64,000 nt of DNA from Mobula hypostoma (taxonomy: Eukaryota), in NCBI RefSeq assembly GCF_963921235.1, contig NC_086097.1, positions 202,246,001 to 202,310,000 on the forward strand. Reading direction: 5' to 3'. Under the pieces are notes generated by a model. The model saw nothing but the letters and a program-made list of their open reading frames with translations, was not told the DNA's origin and searched no databases. The position numbers and the translations under genes are program-made. Of this stretch, positions 12,708 through 24,699 are shown piece by piece (the stretch's first letter is position 1; each line of letters starts with the position of its first letter).

Positions 12708-15700
12708 TGGTTCCAAGGTTGTCAAGCCGAGGAGTGGTAGTAGTCCAACTCATGGCCTTCTCGTGTGGCTTAGCCTCTAAGCCCAGCAGAACTGTTTCTA
12801 CTGACAGGAGAAGGGGCAAAGGCAGCTCCTGGTGCCTTAAAACCAGTGCTTCGGGTAGATGGAGCTCGTCAGCCTGGGAAGACAGTCCATCTAAGAGAGG
12901 GAAACTCTGATTTCAAGCCTCCACTGCCTTGCGGCCATACTCACTGATGGGAAAGGCTTCAGGAGTAAACCCTGAGGACAAATCTGGAGCTGGAGTCCCT
13001 AAGGCAGTCTGACGTTGCCTTCAACCTCGTTCTGGCAACTCCTGCGACAACACTGGTGCCAAGCTGTATCGGTCCTTGCCCTTCCCTTGGACAACATCGG
13101 TGCCGTGAAGAGGGGAGACTTGCAGCTTGGGCAACTGCCGGTCTTCCATACAATCTTGCCCTGGAGAGGACCCTCCAGCGTCGCCTCACCACGACGGCAC
13201 AACACGGAAAGCAGCAGTCTACTGGTCATAAGCCTGCGCTCGACTGGCGTAGAGCAAGGCGCCAGGGGTTGCTTTCGACGGAGGGAGAGACCATAGTGTC
13301 TCACTGGACAGCTACCCCCGCCAATTAGGTGCTGTCCCGCCCCAGTCTGCCCGCTCCATTGGGGGCGTGGGGCTCAGGGATACAAGTAGCTCGAACTGTG
13401 GACTGTAAACGCTGCACCAAGTACAACTAGAAGACAAAGAAGCCAGCACTCAGACTAGGATGCAGGAATATACGGACCATGACAACTGGTATATCAGATG
13501 ACCTTTGGGAGATCAGCGGCACACGCAAGACAGCAGTGATTAACAATGAACTGTCGAGATAGAAAGTGGACATCGCAACACTCCAAGAGACACCTCTCGC
13601 AGAATCGGAAACCCTACGTGAGAGAGACTATGCCTTCTTCTGGCAGGGGAAGGGCTCAGACGAGACCAGAGAGCATGGTGTCGGCCTTGCTGTGAAGAAC
13701 TCGCTGCTGAAGATGATAGAGCCTAGCAAGAAAGCGACAGAGTGGATTCTCTCACTTCAACTCCACACATCCGACGGGCCTGTCAACCCTGTCAGCATCT
13801 ATGCCCCAACCCTCTACTCTACACAAGACACAAGGGACAAGTTCTACGACCAGCTCTCAATGATGATACAAGAGATCCCAACTCAGGAACAATTGCTGCT
13901 ACTTGGCGACTTCAACGCCAGAGTGGGTGCCAACCATGACTGCTGGCCAAGCTGCCTGGGGCGGTATGGGATTGGCAGCATGAATGACAATGGGCAACGA
14001 CTCCTCGAGCTTTGCATGCTCCACGAATTGTGTGTCACCAACACCTACTTCCAGACCAAAGCTCAGCACAAAGTGTCTTGGCAGCCTCCCCACTCCAAAC
14101 ACTGGCACCAGCTCGACCTGATAATCACAAGACGCTGTCACCTGAGAAACGTGCTCATGACTCGCTCCTTTCAGAGTGCCGACTGCGATATGGGTCACTC
14201 TCTGGTTTGCTGCAAGATCAGACTTCGGCCGAAGAAGATGCACTGCGCCAAGCCTCCAGGCAAGCAGCGCATCAATGCCAGTAAGACACAACACCCAGAC
14301 AAAGCTGCAGAGTTCATCAAGTCACTGGAGGGTGCTCTCCTTGCTGACCCACCAGAAGGAGATGCTCAGCAGAGATGGGACTCTCTCAGGGATACTATCC
14401 ACAGCACTGCACTCAAGGTCTTTGGGAAGAAACGGGGCAAGACACAGAACTCATTTCAAGTGAGCTCAAGTAAGCTCACCGCTGTCATCGAGGTGAAGTG
14501 TGTTGCATTACTAGAGCACAAACGCCAACCCACCCAGGCAACACTGCAAGCACTAAGGACAGCAAGAAGCAAGGCCCAGGAAACAGCCAGACGCTGTGCA
14601 AATGACTACTGGCTACAACTATGTGAAAGCATTCAGTCATTATTTGACACAGGCAACATCCGTGGAGTGTACGAGGGGATCAAGAAAGCCATCGGGCCAA
14701 CCCAGAGCAAGACAGCACCATTGAAAACCATAACAGGCGAGACCATCAATGACAAAGGCAAGCAGATGGAGAGATGGGTGGAGCATTACTCTGAACTCTT
14801 CTCCAGAGAAAACAGCATCTCGGATAGCACACTAGACGCTGTGGAATGCCTGCCTGTCATGGAGGAACTGGATGCATTGCCAACTGCCGAAGAGCTGAGT
14901 AAAGCCATCGACAGCCTGCCCACTGAGAAGGCACCAGGATTGGATGGCATTCCACCAGAGACCATCAAATGTGCAAAGGGCAACCTGCTAAACCACCTGC
15001 ATGAACTACTGTGCCAGTGCTGAACAGAGGGAGCAGTGCCGCAAGACATGAGAGACTGCAACATTGTCACCATATATAAGAACAAAGGGGACAGAAGCGA
15101 CTGTAACAGCTACAGGGGAATCGTTGAGCATCGTTGGGAAGGTCTTCACCTGCGTGGTCCTGAACAGACTGCAGAAAATAACCGAAAGGGTATATCCCAA
15201 GTCTCAGTGCAGTTTCAGGTCAGAACGCTCCACAATCGACATGATCTTCTCCCTTCGACAGCTACAAGAGAAATGCAGAGAGCAAAGACGGCCACTCTAC
15301 GTCGCTTTTATTGACCTTACGAAGGCCTTCGATCTTGTGAGCAGAGACGGCCTGTTCAAAATCCTCGCCAGGATTGGTTGTCCCCTGAGGCTGCTCAGGA
15401 TAGTTCAGTCATTCCACACAGACATGAAGGGCGTCGTTCAGTTTGACGGCTCTTCTTCGGAGGCCTTCAACATCCGCAGCGGTGTGAAGCAGGGCTGTGT
15501 GCTTGCCCCCACCCTGTTTGGCATCTTCTTTGCAGTCATGCTGAAGCACGCCTTTGGAACATCAACTGATGGTGTCTACCTCCACACCAGAGCGGACAGG
15601 AGGCTGTTCAATCTGTTCCCGGCTGAGGGCAAAAACCAAAGTTCGTGAGGTACTCATCAGGGACAAGTTGTTTGCAGACGATGCGGCACTGGAAACACAC

Positions 15701-16670
15701 TCTGAAGAGCAACTGCAACGTCTCGTGGACAGCTTCTCAAGAGCCTGCCAGGACTTCAGCTTGACCATTAGCCTGAACAAAACCAACGTGTTGGGCCAAG
15801 GTGTTGAGCACCCGCCCCCGCCATTACCGTCAACAACTACAAGCTGTAGGTAGTTCACGAGTTTACAAACCTTGGCTCCACCATCACGGACAGCCTCTCC
15901 CTAGACCCCAAGATCAACAGACGGATCAGACGAGCAGCCTCAACATTTGCCAGGCTGACAAAGAGAGTCTGGGAGAACAGAAAGCTGATGACGCACACCA
16001 AAGTTGCAGTCTACAGGGCCTGCGTCCTCAACACACTGCTTTATGACAGTGAGACCTGGTGCCTCTACTACAGACAAGAGCGGCGTCTCAACGCCTTCCA
16101 ACTTCACAGCCTGAGACGCATCCTGGACATCACGTGGACTGACCGAGTCACCAACAATGAGGTCCTGGCCCGCACCCAGATACCTAGCCTCCTCACCCTG
16201 CCCCAACTACACCGTCTCCACTGGCTGGGCCACGTACACCGCATGTCAGACGGGAGGATCCCGAAAGACCTGCTTTATGGGGAACTGGCCTCCGGCAAGA
16301 GAGCACAAGGGTGGTCCCATCTTTGTTTCAAAGACATTTGCAAGAGAGACAGGAAGTCACTGAAAATGAACGTCGAGAGGTGGGAGGACATCGCAAGCGA
16401 TTGCTCTCGCTGGAGGCTGCAACAACGCAGGGGTCTAAAAAGAGGAGAAGAGAAGCTGAGGCTTGCTGCTGAAGAAAAGCACACTCATCAGAAAAACAGC
16501 ACCAAGACAACACTGGAGGACAGTGCCTTCAAGTGCAGTCGCTGCAGCCAAGACTGTCACTCCCGTGTGGGCCTCTACAGCTACAACAGATGCTGCTCTA
16601 ACTCAGACTGAAGCAAGACTTTCCAGGCACAGATCCATGGGCTTGCGAGACTAACGGATGCCACCACCAC
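12708..16670 (+). mobile_element. Near full-length RTE-clade LINE, disrupted single ORF (about 13440-16611)
   Basis: DIATLQET, SIYAPT, GDFNARVG, FIDLTKAFD, GVKQGCVLAP, LFADD, WLGHVHRM, C-terminal Cys motif CSRC..C; (CCA)n tail; TSD aattagc at 12701-12707 and 16671-16677. Confidence 0.93.
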
Positions 16671-17215
16671 AATTAGCCACCAAAATTGTCTCTAATAAAC
16701 TCCTAGGTCCATTGGTAGCCTGCCAGACTGGAGCAGTGAACCCATTCCAACACTTCAGAGCGCGCCATGTCAGGGGCAAACAGCCATTTGGGAGGTCCCC
16801 CACCCAGGCCTGGTTCCAACTGTTGGGTAGCCCTCACCCCTGCCTCTATTCACCAGATCACCAGAGCAGCAATGCACAAGTGAGGAAGAATGGGCTCTGG
16901 ATCGGCATTGTCCTCAGATCTGTTGAACTGCTGGAAGAGAGTGTCAGCCTTGGTATTCTTGCTGTCAGGATGAGTGATAGGTGAGGATGAAATTGAACCA
17001 TGTGGAAAAGAGCCCACCAGGCTTGTCGAGAGTTGAGTCTGTTTGCATCCTGAATGTAGGAGAGCTTTTTGTGATCTGTCCGTATCAAGAATGGATGCTC
17101 GGCCCCTCCAGCCAGTGTCGTCATTCCTCCAGGGCCTCCTTGACAACCAGAAGTTCCTTGTTTCCTACATCATAATTGAACTCAGCCAGACTCAAATGAC
17201 GGGAAAGAAAGGCAC

Positions 17216-18273
17216 TGCTGTTCACGCTGCTGACCCATGACTGTGCAGCAACACACAGCTCAAATCACATCAAGTTCGCCGATGACATGACCGTGGTGGG
17301 TCTCGTCAGCAAGAACGATGAGTCAGCATATGGAGAGGAGGTGCAGCGGCTAACGGACTGGTGCAGAGCCAACAACCTGTCTCTGAATGTGAACAAAACA
17401 AAAGAGATGGTTGTTGACTTCAGGAGAACACAGAGCGACCACTCACCGCTGAACATTAACGGCTCCTCCGTTGAAATCGTTAAGAGCACCAAATTTCTTG
17501 GTGTTCACCTGGTGGAGAATCTCACCTGGTCCCTCAACACCAGCTCCATAGACAAGAAAGCCCAGTAGCGTCTCTACTTTCTGCGAAGGCTGAGAAAAGT
17601 CCATTTCCCATTCCCCCATCCTCACCACATTCTACAGAGGATGTATCGAGAGCATCCTGAGCAGCTGCATCTCTGCCTAGTTCGGGAATTGCACCGTCTC
17701 AGATTGCAAGACCCTATAGCAGATAGTGAGGTCAGCTGAGAAGATCATCAGGGTCTCTCTTCCCGCCATTACAGACTTTTACTCTACACACTGCACCCGT
17801 AATGCCAACAGCATTGTGAAGGACCCGATACACCCCTCATACAAACTCTTCTCCCTCCTGCCATCTGGCAAAAGGTACCAAAGCATTCAGGCTCTCACTA
17901 CCAGACTATGCAACAGTTTCTTCCCCCAAGCCATCAGATTCCTTAATACCCAGAGACTAGACTGACATCTACATCATTTGTTATTATATTGTAATTTGTC
18001 CTCTACTGTGCCTATTGTTTATTATTTATTGTACTGCCCTGTACTGTTTTTGTGCACTGTATGTAGTCCTGTGCAGGTCTGTAGTCTAGTGTAGTTTTTG
18101 TGTTGTTTTACGTAATCTAGTGTAGCCTTGTGTTGTCTCACTTAGTCTAGTATAGTTTTGTGCTGTTTCATGTAGAACCATGGTCCTGGAGGAACGTTGT
18201 TTCGTTTTTACTGTGTACTGTTCCAGCAGTTTATGGTCGAAATGACAATAAAAAGCGACTTGATTTGACTTGA
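17216..18273 (+). mobile_element. 5'-truncated Rex1/Babar LINE inserted in the Gypsy RNase H
   Basis: KFADDMTVVG, WCRANNLSLNVNKTKEMVVDFR, NSFFPQAIR; AATAAA followed by an (ACTTG)n tail. Confidence 0.88.
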
Positions 18274-18510
18274 CAAGAGTGCAGCCGGCTATCCGTAGAA
18301 GAGCACTGAGAGAGGACAGCTCCAATGCTGACATCAGATGAATCCACCTCGACTATGAATGGCTGTGATGGGTCTGGGTATTGCAGCATTAGAGCAGTAG
18401 TGAAATGTTGCTTTAACTCTGAAAATGCTTGGTCAGTATCACCAGTCCAATGGGATCCTGCCGAGGCCTTCCTGGCAAATGCATTTATGGGAGCTGCGAT
18501 AGAGCTGAAA

Positions 18511-19112
18511 TTTTTTTTAGATTATGAAGACACGCAGTCCTCTTTTATTGTCATTTAGTAATGCATGCATTAAGAAATGATACAATATTTCCTCCGGTGT
18601 GATATCACAAAACACAAGACAGACCAAGACTGAAAAAAACTAACAAGACCACATAATTATAACATATAGTTACAACAGTGCAACAATACCATAACTTGAT
18701 GAAGAAGTCCGTGAGCACAGTAAAAGTTCAAAGTCTCTCAAATGTCCCACATCTCATGCAGATGGGAGAAGGGAGAAAAAATCTCACTGCCATACCCGAC
18801 CACGGTCCGACTCTGAGTCATCCAAAAACTTCGAGCTCTGATCAGCTCTCCGACACAGAGTACTGAGCGCCATCTCTATCCGAACAATTCGACCTCCATC
18901 TTGGTTGCCAACAGCAGGCAAAGCCGGGGATTTTGAAGCCTACCCTCCGAAAGATTCCCGACCGCGCAGTAACGACAGCAGCGAATGAGCGTTTCAGAAA
19001 TTTTTCCAGATGTTCCTCTGCTTTCACATCTATCTCCATCAAATCAGAATTGTCCATGGCCCCTATTTAATAGATACGATATCATTTTTTACCGGAGGGC
19101 TGCTCTCCTCCC
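18511..19112 (-). mobile_element. About 600-bp non-autonomous retroposon, copy 1 (splits the Gypsy RT)
   Basis: Highly similar to 20646-21259; the Gypsy frame HFILN|FSSIAAP resumes across it. Confidence 0.75.
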
Positions 19113-20645
19113 GCTGAGAATTCAAGATGAAGTGGCAATAAAGGTTCACAAACCCCACAAAGTTTGACTGTAGATGGTTTGGGCCACTCTCTAACTGCTT
19201 GAACTTTACTACAATGCATTTGAACACTGAATGGGGTAAGTATATAGGCCTGTTCTTTATGGAACTCTTAATTTTTTGGGCTCGGTGTGCAAGTTATTTT
19301 CAAGGAGCCATCTGAGAACACTCCAGACATGCTGGAAATGTTCCTGATTCGAGCAGGAATAGATAAAGATGTCGTCTAAATGCACAAAAACAGACTGGTT
19401 CAACATGTCCCTGAGCACACCGTTCCTAAGGCCTGGAAAACACGGGGCATTGGCCAGACCAAGGACGTCACATTGTACTCTTAGTGGCCATTAGAGGTAT
19501 TGAAAGCTGTCTTCCACTCATCCACTTTTCTCATATGAGCCAGACTGTAAGCATTGCACAGATCAACTTTGGAAAATATGGTTGCTCCCTGGAGATGTTC
19601 GAACACAGACGTCAACAAGGGAAGAGGGTAGAGGTTCTTCACAGTGATGTTCTTCAAGGGCCAATAATAGATGTAGGGATGGAGCTTGCTGGCTCTATTG
19701 TTCACAAAATAAACAAACTGCTCCTGCCGACAAGGTTGACAGACAGATAAACCCCATGGGCAATGCCTCCTTGGTCACTGTTTCAGATCAGAGGGGGAAA
19801 TGAGCTGGCCCTGGGACAGACTGGTGCCAGATAGAAGGTCTATGGCACAATCATGTGGCCAGTGCAGAGGCAGGGAGCAGGCCTTCCTTTTCCTGAAGGC
19901 CTCAAGAAGATCTGCATATTCAGCCGGAATCCCAGACAGATCCACATCCTCAGCTGACACAGAAAGGGATTCATGGAATGGAGCTTGATCTGGACCCCAA
20001 CAGATAGGCAGGCATGCCAGTCCTCACTCTTAGAGTGTTTTAAGAAAGTAATCAATTTGTGGGCTGTGTCGGGATAACCAGGGGAGACCTTCAACCAGAT
20101 AGAAGTAGAGTTCTTCACTATGGTTGCCTTTGAGCACAAGTTGGAGGGATTTGGTGGAAAAGTGGATCTGGCTGGTGCCCATAGGTCAACTGTCCAGGGC
20201 CTTGACATTGATCTTTTCTCTTAATTCCTGAATCGGAACTCCCCATCTTTGAGCTGGAGTGATGTCCATGAGATTCCCACCTGCACTGGAGTTGATAAAG
20301 CACCTTAAGTCCATGGGTCAAAGACACCCTGACAAGGAATCTGTGAGCATAACACAAATAGGGGAAGTTGCTGCAGAGGGAATTGACCCATCATGACACT
20401 CCTCCCTGCTGATGGGTATCCTCTTTTACCAAACACTTGGGACATGCCGCTCAGAAATGTCCTAGATCACTACAGTAGAGGCAGGAACCTGTCCTCCTGC
20501 ACCTCCTGAGACAGGTGTATGTGCCCTACTTGCATAGGCTCCTCCATGGACTGGATGATGAGGGAAAGGGTGATGAAAGATGGTGATCAGACGGTGCCTA
20601 GGAAGCTTGAGACATTCTTTCCCTGTGCCACTCAGTTACCCAGTC

Positions 20646-21259
20646 ATTATGATGATGATTATGAAGACATGTAGTCCTCTTTTATTGTCATTTAGTAATG
20701 CATGCATTAAGAAATGATACATTATTTCCTCCGGTATGATATCACAAAACACAGGACAAACCAACACTGAAAAAAACTGACAAACCACATAATTATAACA
20801 TATAGTTACAAACAGTGTAACAATACCATAACTTGATGAAGAAGTCCGTGCACACAGTAAAGTTCAAAGTTTCTCAAATGTCCCACATCTCATGCAGATG
20901 GGAGAAGGAAGAAAATCTTTCTCTGCCATGCCGACCACAATCCAACTCTGAGTCATCTGAAAACTTCGAGCTCTGATCAGCTCTCCGACACACAGTACTG
21001 AGCGCCATTTCTGTCCGAATGATTCGACCTCCTTCTCGGTCGCCAAAAGCAGGCAAGGCTGGGGACTTTGAGGCCTACCCTCCGAAAGATTCCCGACCAC
21101 ACAGTAATGACAGCAGTGAATGGACGTTTCAGAAATTTCTCCAGATGTTCCTCTGTGCTTTCACGTCCATTCTCCATCAAATCAGAATTGTCCACGGCCC
21201 CTATTTAACAGACACGATATCATTTTTCACCGGAGGGCTGCGCACCGCCATCTTCTCTT
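20646..21259 (-). mobile_element. About 600-bp non-autonomous retroposon, copy 2 (in Gypsy gag)
   Basis: 5' end GAAGATGGCGG; 3' AATAAA and (ATC)n tail. Confidence 0.75.
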
Positions 21260-21850
21260 CCTGCCTATCAAATAGCCTGATGAATCAGGTCATCCAGACT
21301 ATCCTGCTGATCAGGGACTGCAATCTCGTGTCGGACCCCTGCATTCAGTCCACGGTGGAAGTCAGTGCTGAGGGATCTCTTATTCCTTCCTGTTTCTACA
21401 GCAAGTGTGCCAGAATTTGATTGCATTGGCTCTCACCATCCCTCTGCCTTGGTGCAGGTCCAGTTGTTGGTGGGCAACCTCCAGCCCTTGCACTGGGAGG
21501 CAAAAATCCTCCTTAACTCTGCAGTGAAATGTTGGAATGACTGGGATGTGAGGTATCCTTGCTCCCAATAAGCATTGAACAGCAGAGTGGAGGTCCATCT
21601 ACAAGATTGACCGTGTGCGCCAGTTTTCGCACATCATCACCAAACTGACCAGGAATGTCGGAATGTCAGCTCACACTAGGTAATAAAATTCCTGCAGCCA
21701 TCGGGATCAGCAGAGTATCGGCCTGGTGGTAGAGTATTTGGATCTTATATGGAAGCAGGAGTGTGGTGGTTCAGAAGCGGGAGTCTATAGTGGTCTGAAA
21801 GCAGAAGTCAATTCTGGACCAGGCACAGGAATGGGAACACTAGTGGCAGA

Positions 21851-22196
21851 GGATTTTAGGGGAAAAGAAAACAATAAATGCTAGGCCAAACAGGGCTGTG
21901 AACTAAAACTTTCAAACAGAAAAATAGACGCCAACACTGTGGCTGAAAAGAATATCTAAATATATAACGAATGCCGTTAGTTTTAAGTGTCAGTCGACTC
22001 AATGATCTACATTCAAAGGCAAGGCTGAATGCAGGCAGGCAGGGCAACATTGCTGTCCTTTGTTCAAATCTCGACAAGCGCTACAACAAAAAGAAGGGAG
22101 CTAAATACTGCCATAATGAAATAATAATTAGCTAACACAAGCATATTTACGAGGGCAATTGCTGAATTTACTGCATAGCTGAGTTCGTGGTTGTGA
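21851..22196 (-). repeat. Gypsy 5' LTR (partial, diverged)
   Basis: Aligns to 11199-11545 (ggatttta..gaaaagaaaacaataaatgc..gaatatctaaatatata..ggttgt). Confidence 0.8.
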
Positions 22197-23192
22197 ATTT
22201 ATAGAAGATACCTTTAGGTAAACTGTCTCCAGAGATAGAGACGGGAAGATCGAGATAGGGGAAGGAGGTTTCGTAAATAAACCAGGTAAATTTGAGGACA
22301 GTGGAAGTTGAAGGCAAAGTTGATGAGCTCAGCATGGCTGCAGGAAGCAGCACCAATGCGGGTGAAGCGTAGAAAAAGTTGGGGAGTAAGTAGGCTTGAG
22401 GTGAAAGTGAGACGGTTGGGGCCAGGGAACTTGAAAGATCCAGTGCATGTGAAGTGTCACAAATGTAGGAAGGAGGGGACTGAACTAGGGTGGATCAGTG
22501 ATATCTTTGTACATTTAGAGTATTTACTGGTGAGCATGAATGTATTAAGGCTGCAGTGAGCAACAAAGGAAAACCTATCGTCTACAGCCTTTCCGGTATG
22601 AGTCAGAGGAATTTAGCTCTAGCAAGGCAACAGCTGCTCAACATCATCCAGGACACCTCCTTTACTGTCACCACCTGTAAAAATGCTGAACCTTCACTAC
22701 CACTGCCATTGACAAGCACAAACATCTGCAAATTGTTGTACATGTGACAGATAAAGCTAATCTTTCAATCTCAAAAATTTTCTGCCAAGTCATCCATCTT
22801 TACTTGGAAATATCTTACTATTCCTTCATGTTTACTGGATCCTAACTTTGAAACTCCTTTCCCAATCATATCGAACTACCATATCTGTATCAGCCATGGT
22901 AACAGAGAAGATTAAATGCACATTTGGCCTTACACTGCCATCAGTTATAATATAGAATTATTTCTGCCCTCCACCCTGTAAGAATTTCTTTCAGTTGGTT
23001 CACCTCTTGCCTCCCCTCTGTTTTTACTTAAAGTCTGTAACCTCTGTAACATGTTTGAATTCTGAGATACGGTCAGTAATATTGAGCCCGATCTTTTACT
23101 GGCTAGGCTTTCTCCCTGGGCTTCCAGACTCAGTCTTCTGGCCCTTAACTAATTGGCAGTGGCCAGTATAGCAACTGAGAGGTCTGGTCCCC

Positions 23193-24699
23193 AGCAACAC
23201 ACATCAAAGTTGCTGGTGAACGCAGCAGGCCAGGCAGCATCTATAGGAAGAGGCGCAGTCGACGTTTCAGGCCGAGACCCTTCGTCAGGACTAACTGAAG
23301 GAAGAGTGAGTAAGGGATTTGAAAGCTGGAGGGGGAGGGGGAGATGCAAAATGATAGGAGAAGACAGGAGGGGGAGGGATGGAGCCGAGAGCTGGACAGG
23401 TGATAGGCAGAAGGGGATACGAGAGGATCATGGGACAGGAGGTCCGGGAAGAAAGACGGGGGGGGGGGTGACCCAGAGGATGGGCAAGAGGTATATTCAG
23501 AGGGACAGAGGGAGAAAAAGGAGAGTGAGAGAAAGAATGTGTGCATAAAAAAGAGTAACAGATGGGGTACGAGGGGGAGATGGGGCCTAGCGGAAGTTAG
23601 AGAAGTCAATGTTCATGCCATCAGGTTGGAGGCTACCCATACGGAATATAAGGTGTTGTTCCTCCAACCTGAGTGTGGCTTCATCTTTACAGTAGAGGAG
23701 GCCGTGGATAGACATGTCAGAATGGGAATGGGATGTGGAATTAAAATGTGTGGCCACTGGGAGATCCTGCTTTCTCTGGCGGACAAAACGTAGATGTTCA
23801 GCAAAGCGGTCTCCCAGTCTGCGTCGGGTCTCACCAATATATAAAAGGCCACATCGGGAGCACCAGACGCAGTATATCACCCCAGTCGACTCACAGGTGA
23901 AGTGATGCCTCACCTGGAAGGACTGTTTGGGGCCCTGAATGGTGGTAAGGGAGGAAGTGTAAGGGCATGTGTAGCACTTGTTCCGCTTACACGGATCAGT
24001 GCCAGGAGGGAGATCAGTGGGGAGGGATGGGGGGGACGAATGGACAAGGGAGTTGTGTAGGGAGCGATCCCTGCGGAATGCAGAGAGGGGGGGAGGGAAA
24101 GATATGCTTAGTGGTGGGATCCCGTTGGAGGTGGCGGAAGTTACGGAGAATAATATGTTGGACCCGGAGGCTGGTGGGGTGGTAGGTGAGGACCAGGGGA
24201 ACCCTATTCCTAGTGGGGTGGTGGGAGGATGGAGTGAGAGCAGATGTACGTGAAATGGGGGAGATGCGTTTAAGAGCAGAGTTGATAGTGGAGGAAGGGA
24301 AGCCCCTTTCTTTAAAAAATGAAGACATCTCCCTCGTCCTAGAATGAAAAGCCTCATCCTGAGAGCAGATGCGACGGAGACGGAGGAATTGCGAGAAGGG
24401 GATGGCGTTTTTGCAAGAGACAGGGTGAGAAGAGGAATAGTCCAGATAGCTGTGAGAGTCAGTAGGCTTATAGTAGACATCAGTGGATAAGCTGTCTCCA
24501 GAGACAGAGACAGAAAGATCTAGAAAGGGGAGGGAGGTGTCGGAAATGGACCAGGTAAACTTGAGGGCAGGGTGAAAGTTGGAGGCAAAGTTAATAAAGT
24601 CAACGAGTTCTGCATGCGTGCAGGAAGCAGCGCCAATGCAGTCGTCGATGTAGCGAAGGAAAAGTGGGGGACAGATACCAGAATAGGCACGGAACATAG
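23193..24699 (-). mobile_element. Young 5'-truncated Penelope-like element: RT C-terminal half, GIY-YIG endonuclease, 3' UTR, hammerhead
   Basis: FLRYIDD and YYKPTDSHSYL (ORF 24014..24787); CKRNKCYTC, GVIYCVWCSRCGLLYIGETRRRL..RFAEH (ORF 23587..24480); one frameshift in the C-run near 24090. Confidence 0.93.
23256..23293 (-). ncRNA. Minimal type I hammerhead ribozyme, intact core
   Basis: Minus strand tagtc-CTGACGA-AGG gtctcgg CCT-GAAA-cgTC-gactg: stem I agtc/gact, stem II AGG/CCT, palindromic ACGT stem III. Confidence 0.8.

Larger units (their letters stand above)
11143..22196 (-). mobile_element. Gypsy/Ty3 chromovirus LTR retrotransposon, degenerate, with four nested insertions
   Basis: Related LTRs at about 11143-11547 and 21851-22196; PPT beside TGTTACA at 11548-11562; gag CCHC CLYCSDLGHF*AAC near 20440-20485; RT WKTAFNT and VFVHLDD; RNase [11 protein letters not shown]; integrase SVDFITGLP and HPQSNG; GPF motif; chromodomain. 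Confidence 0.9.

Noticed and set aside
18511..21259. 600-bp direct repeats as LTRs of an element spanning 18.5-21.3 kb
   Set aside because: No TG..CA ends; they have retroposon tails, and the Gypsy frame continues outside them
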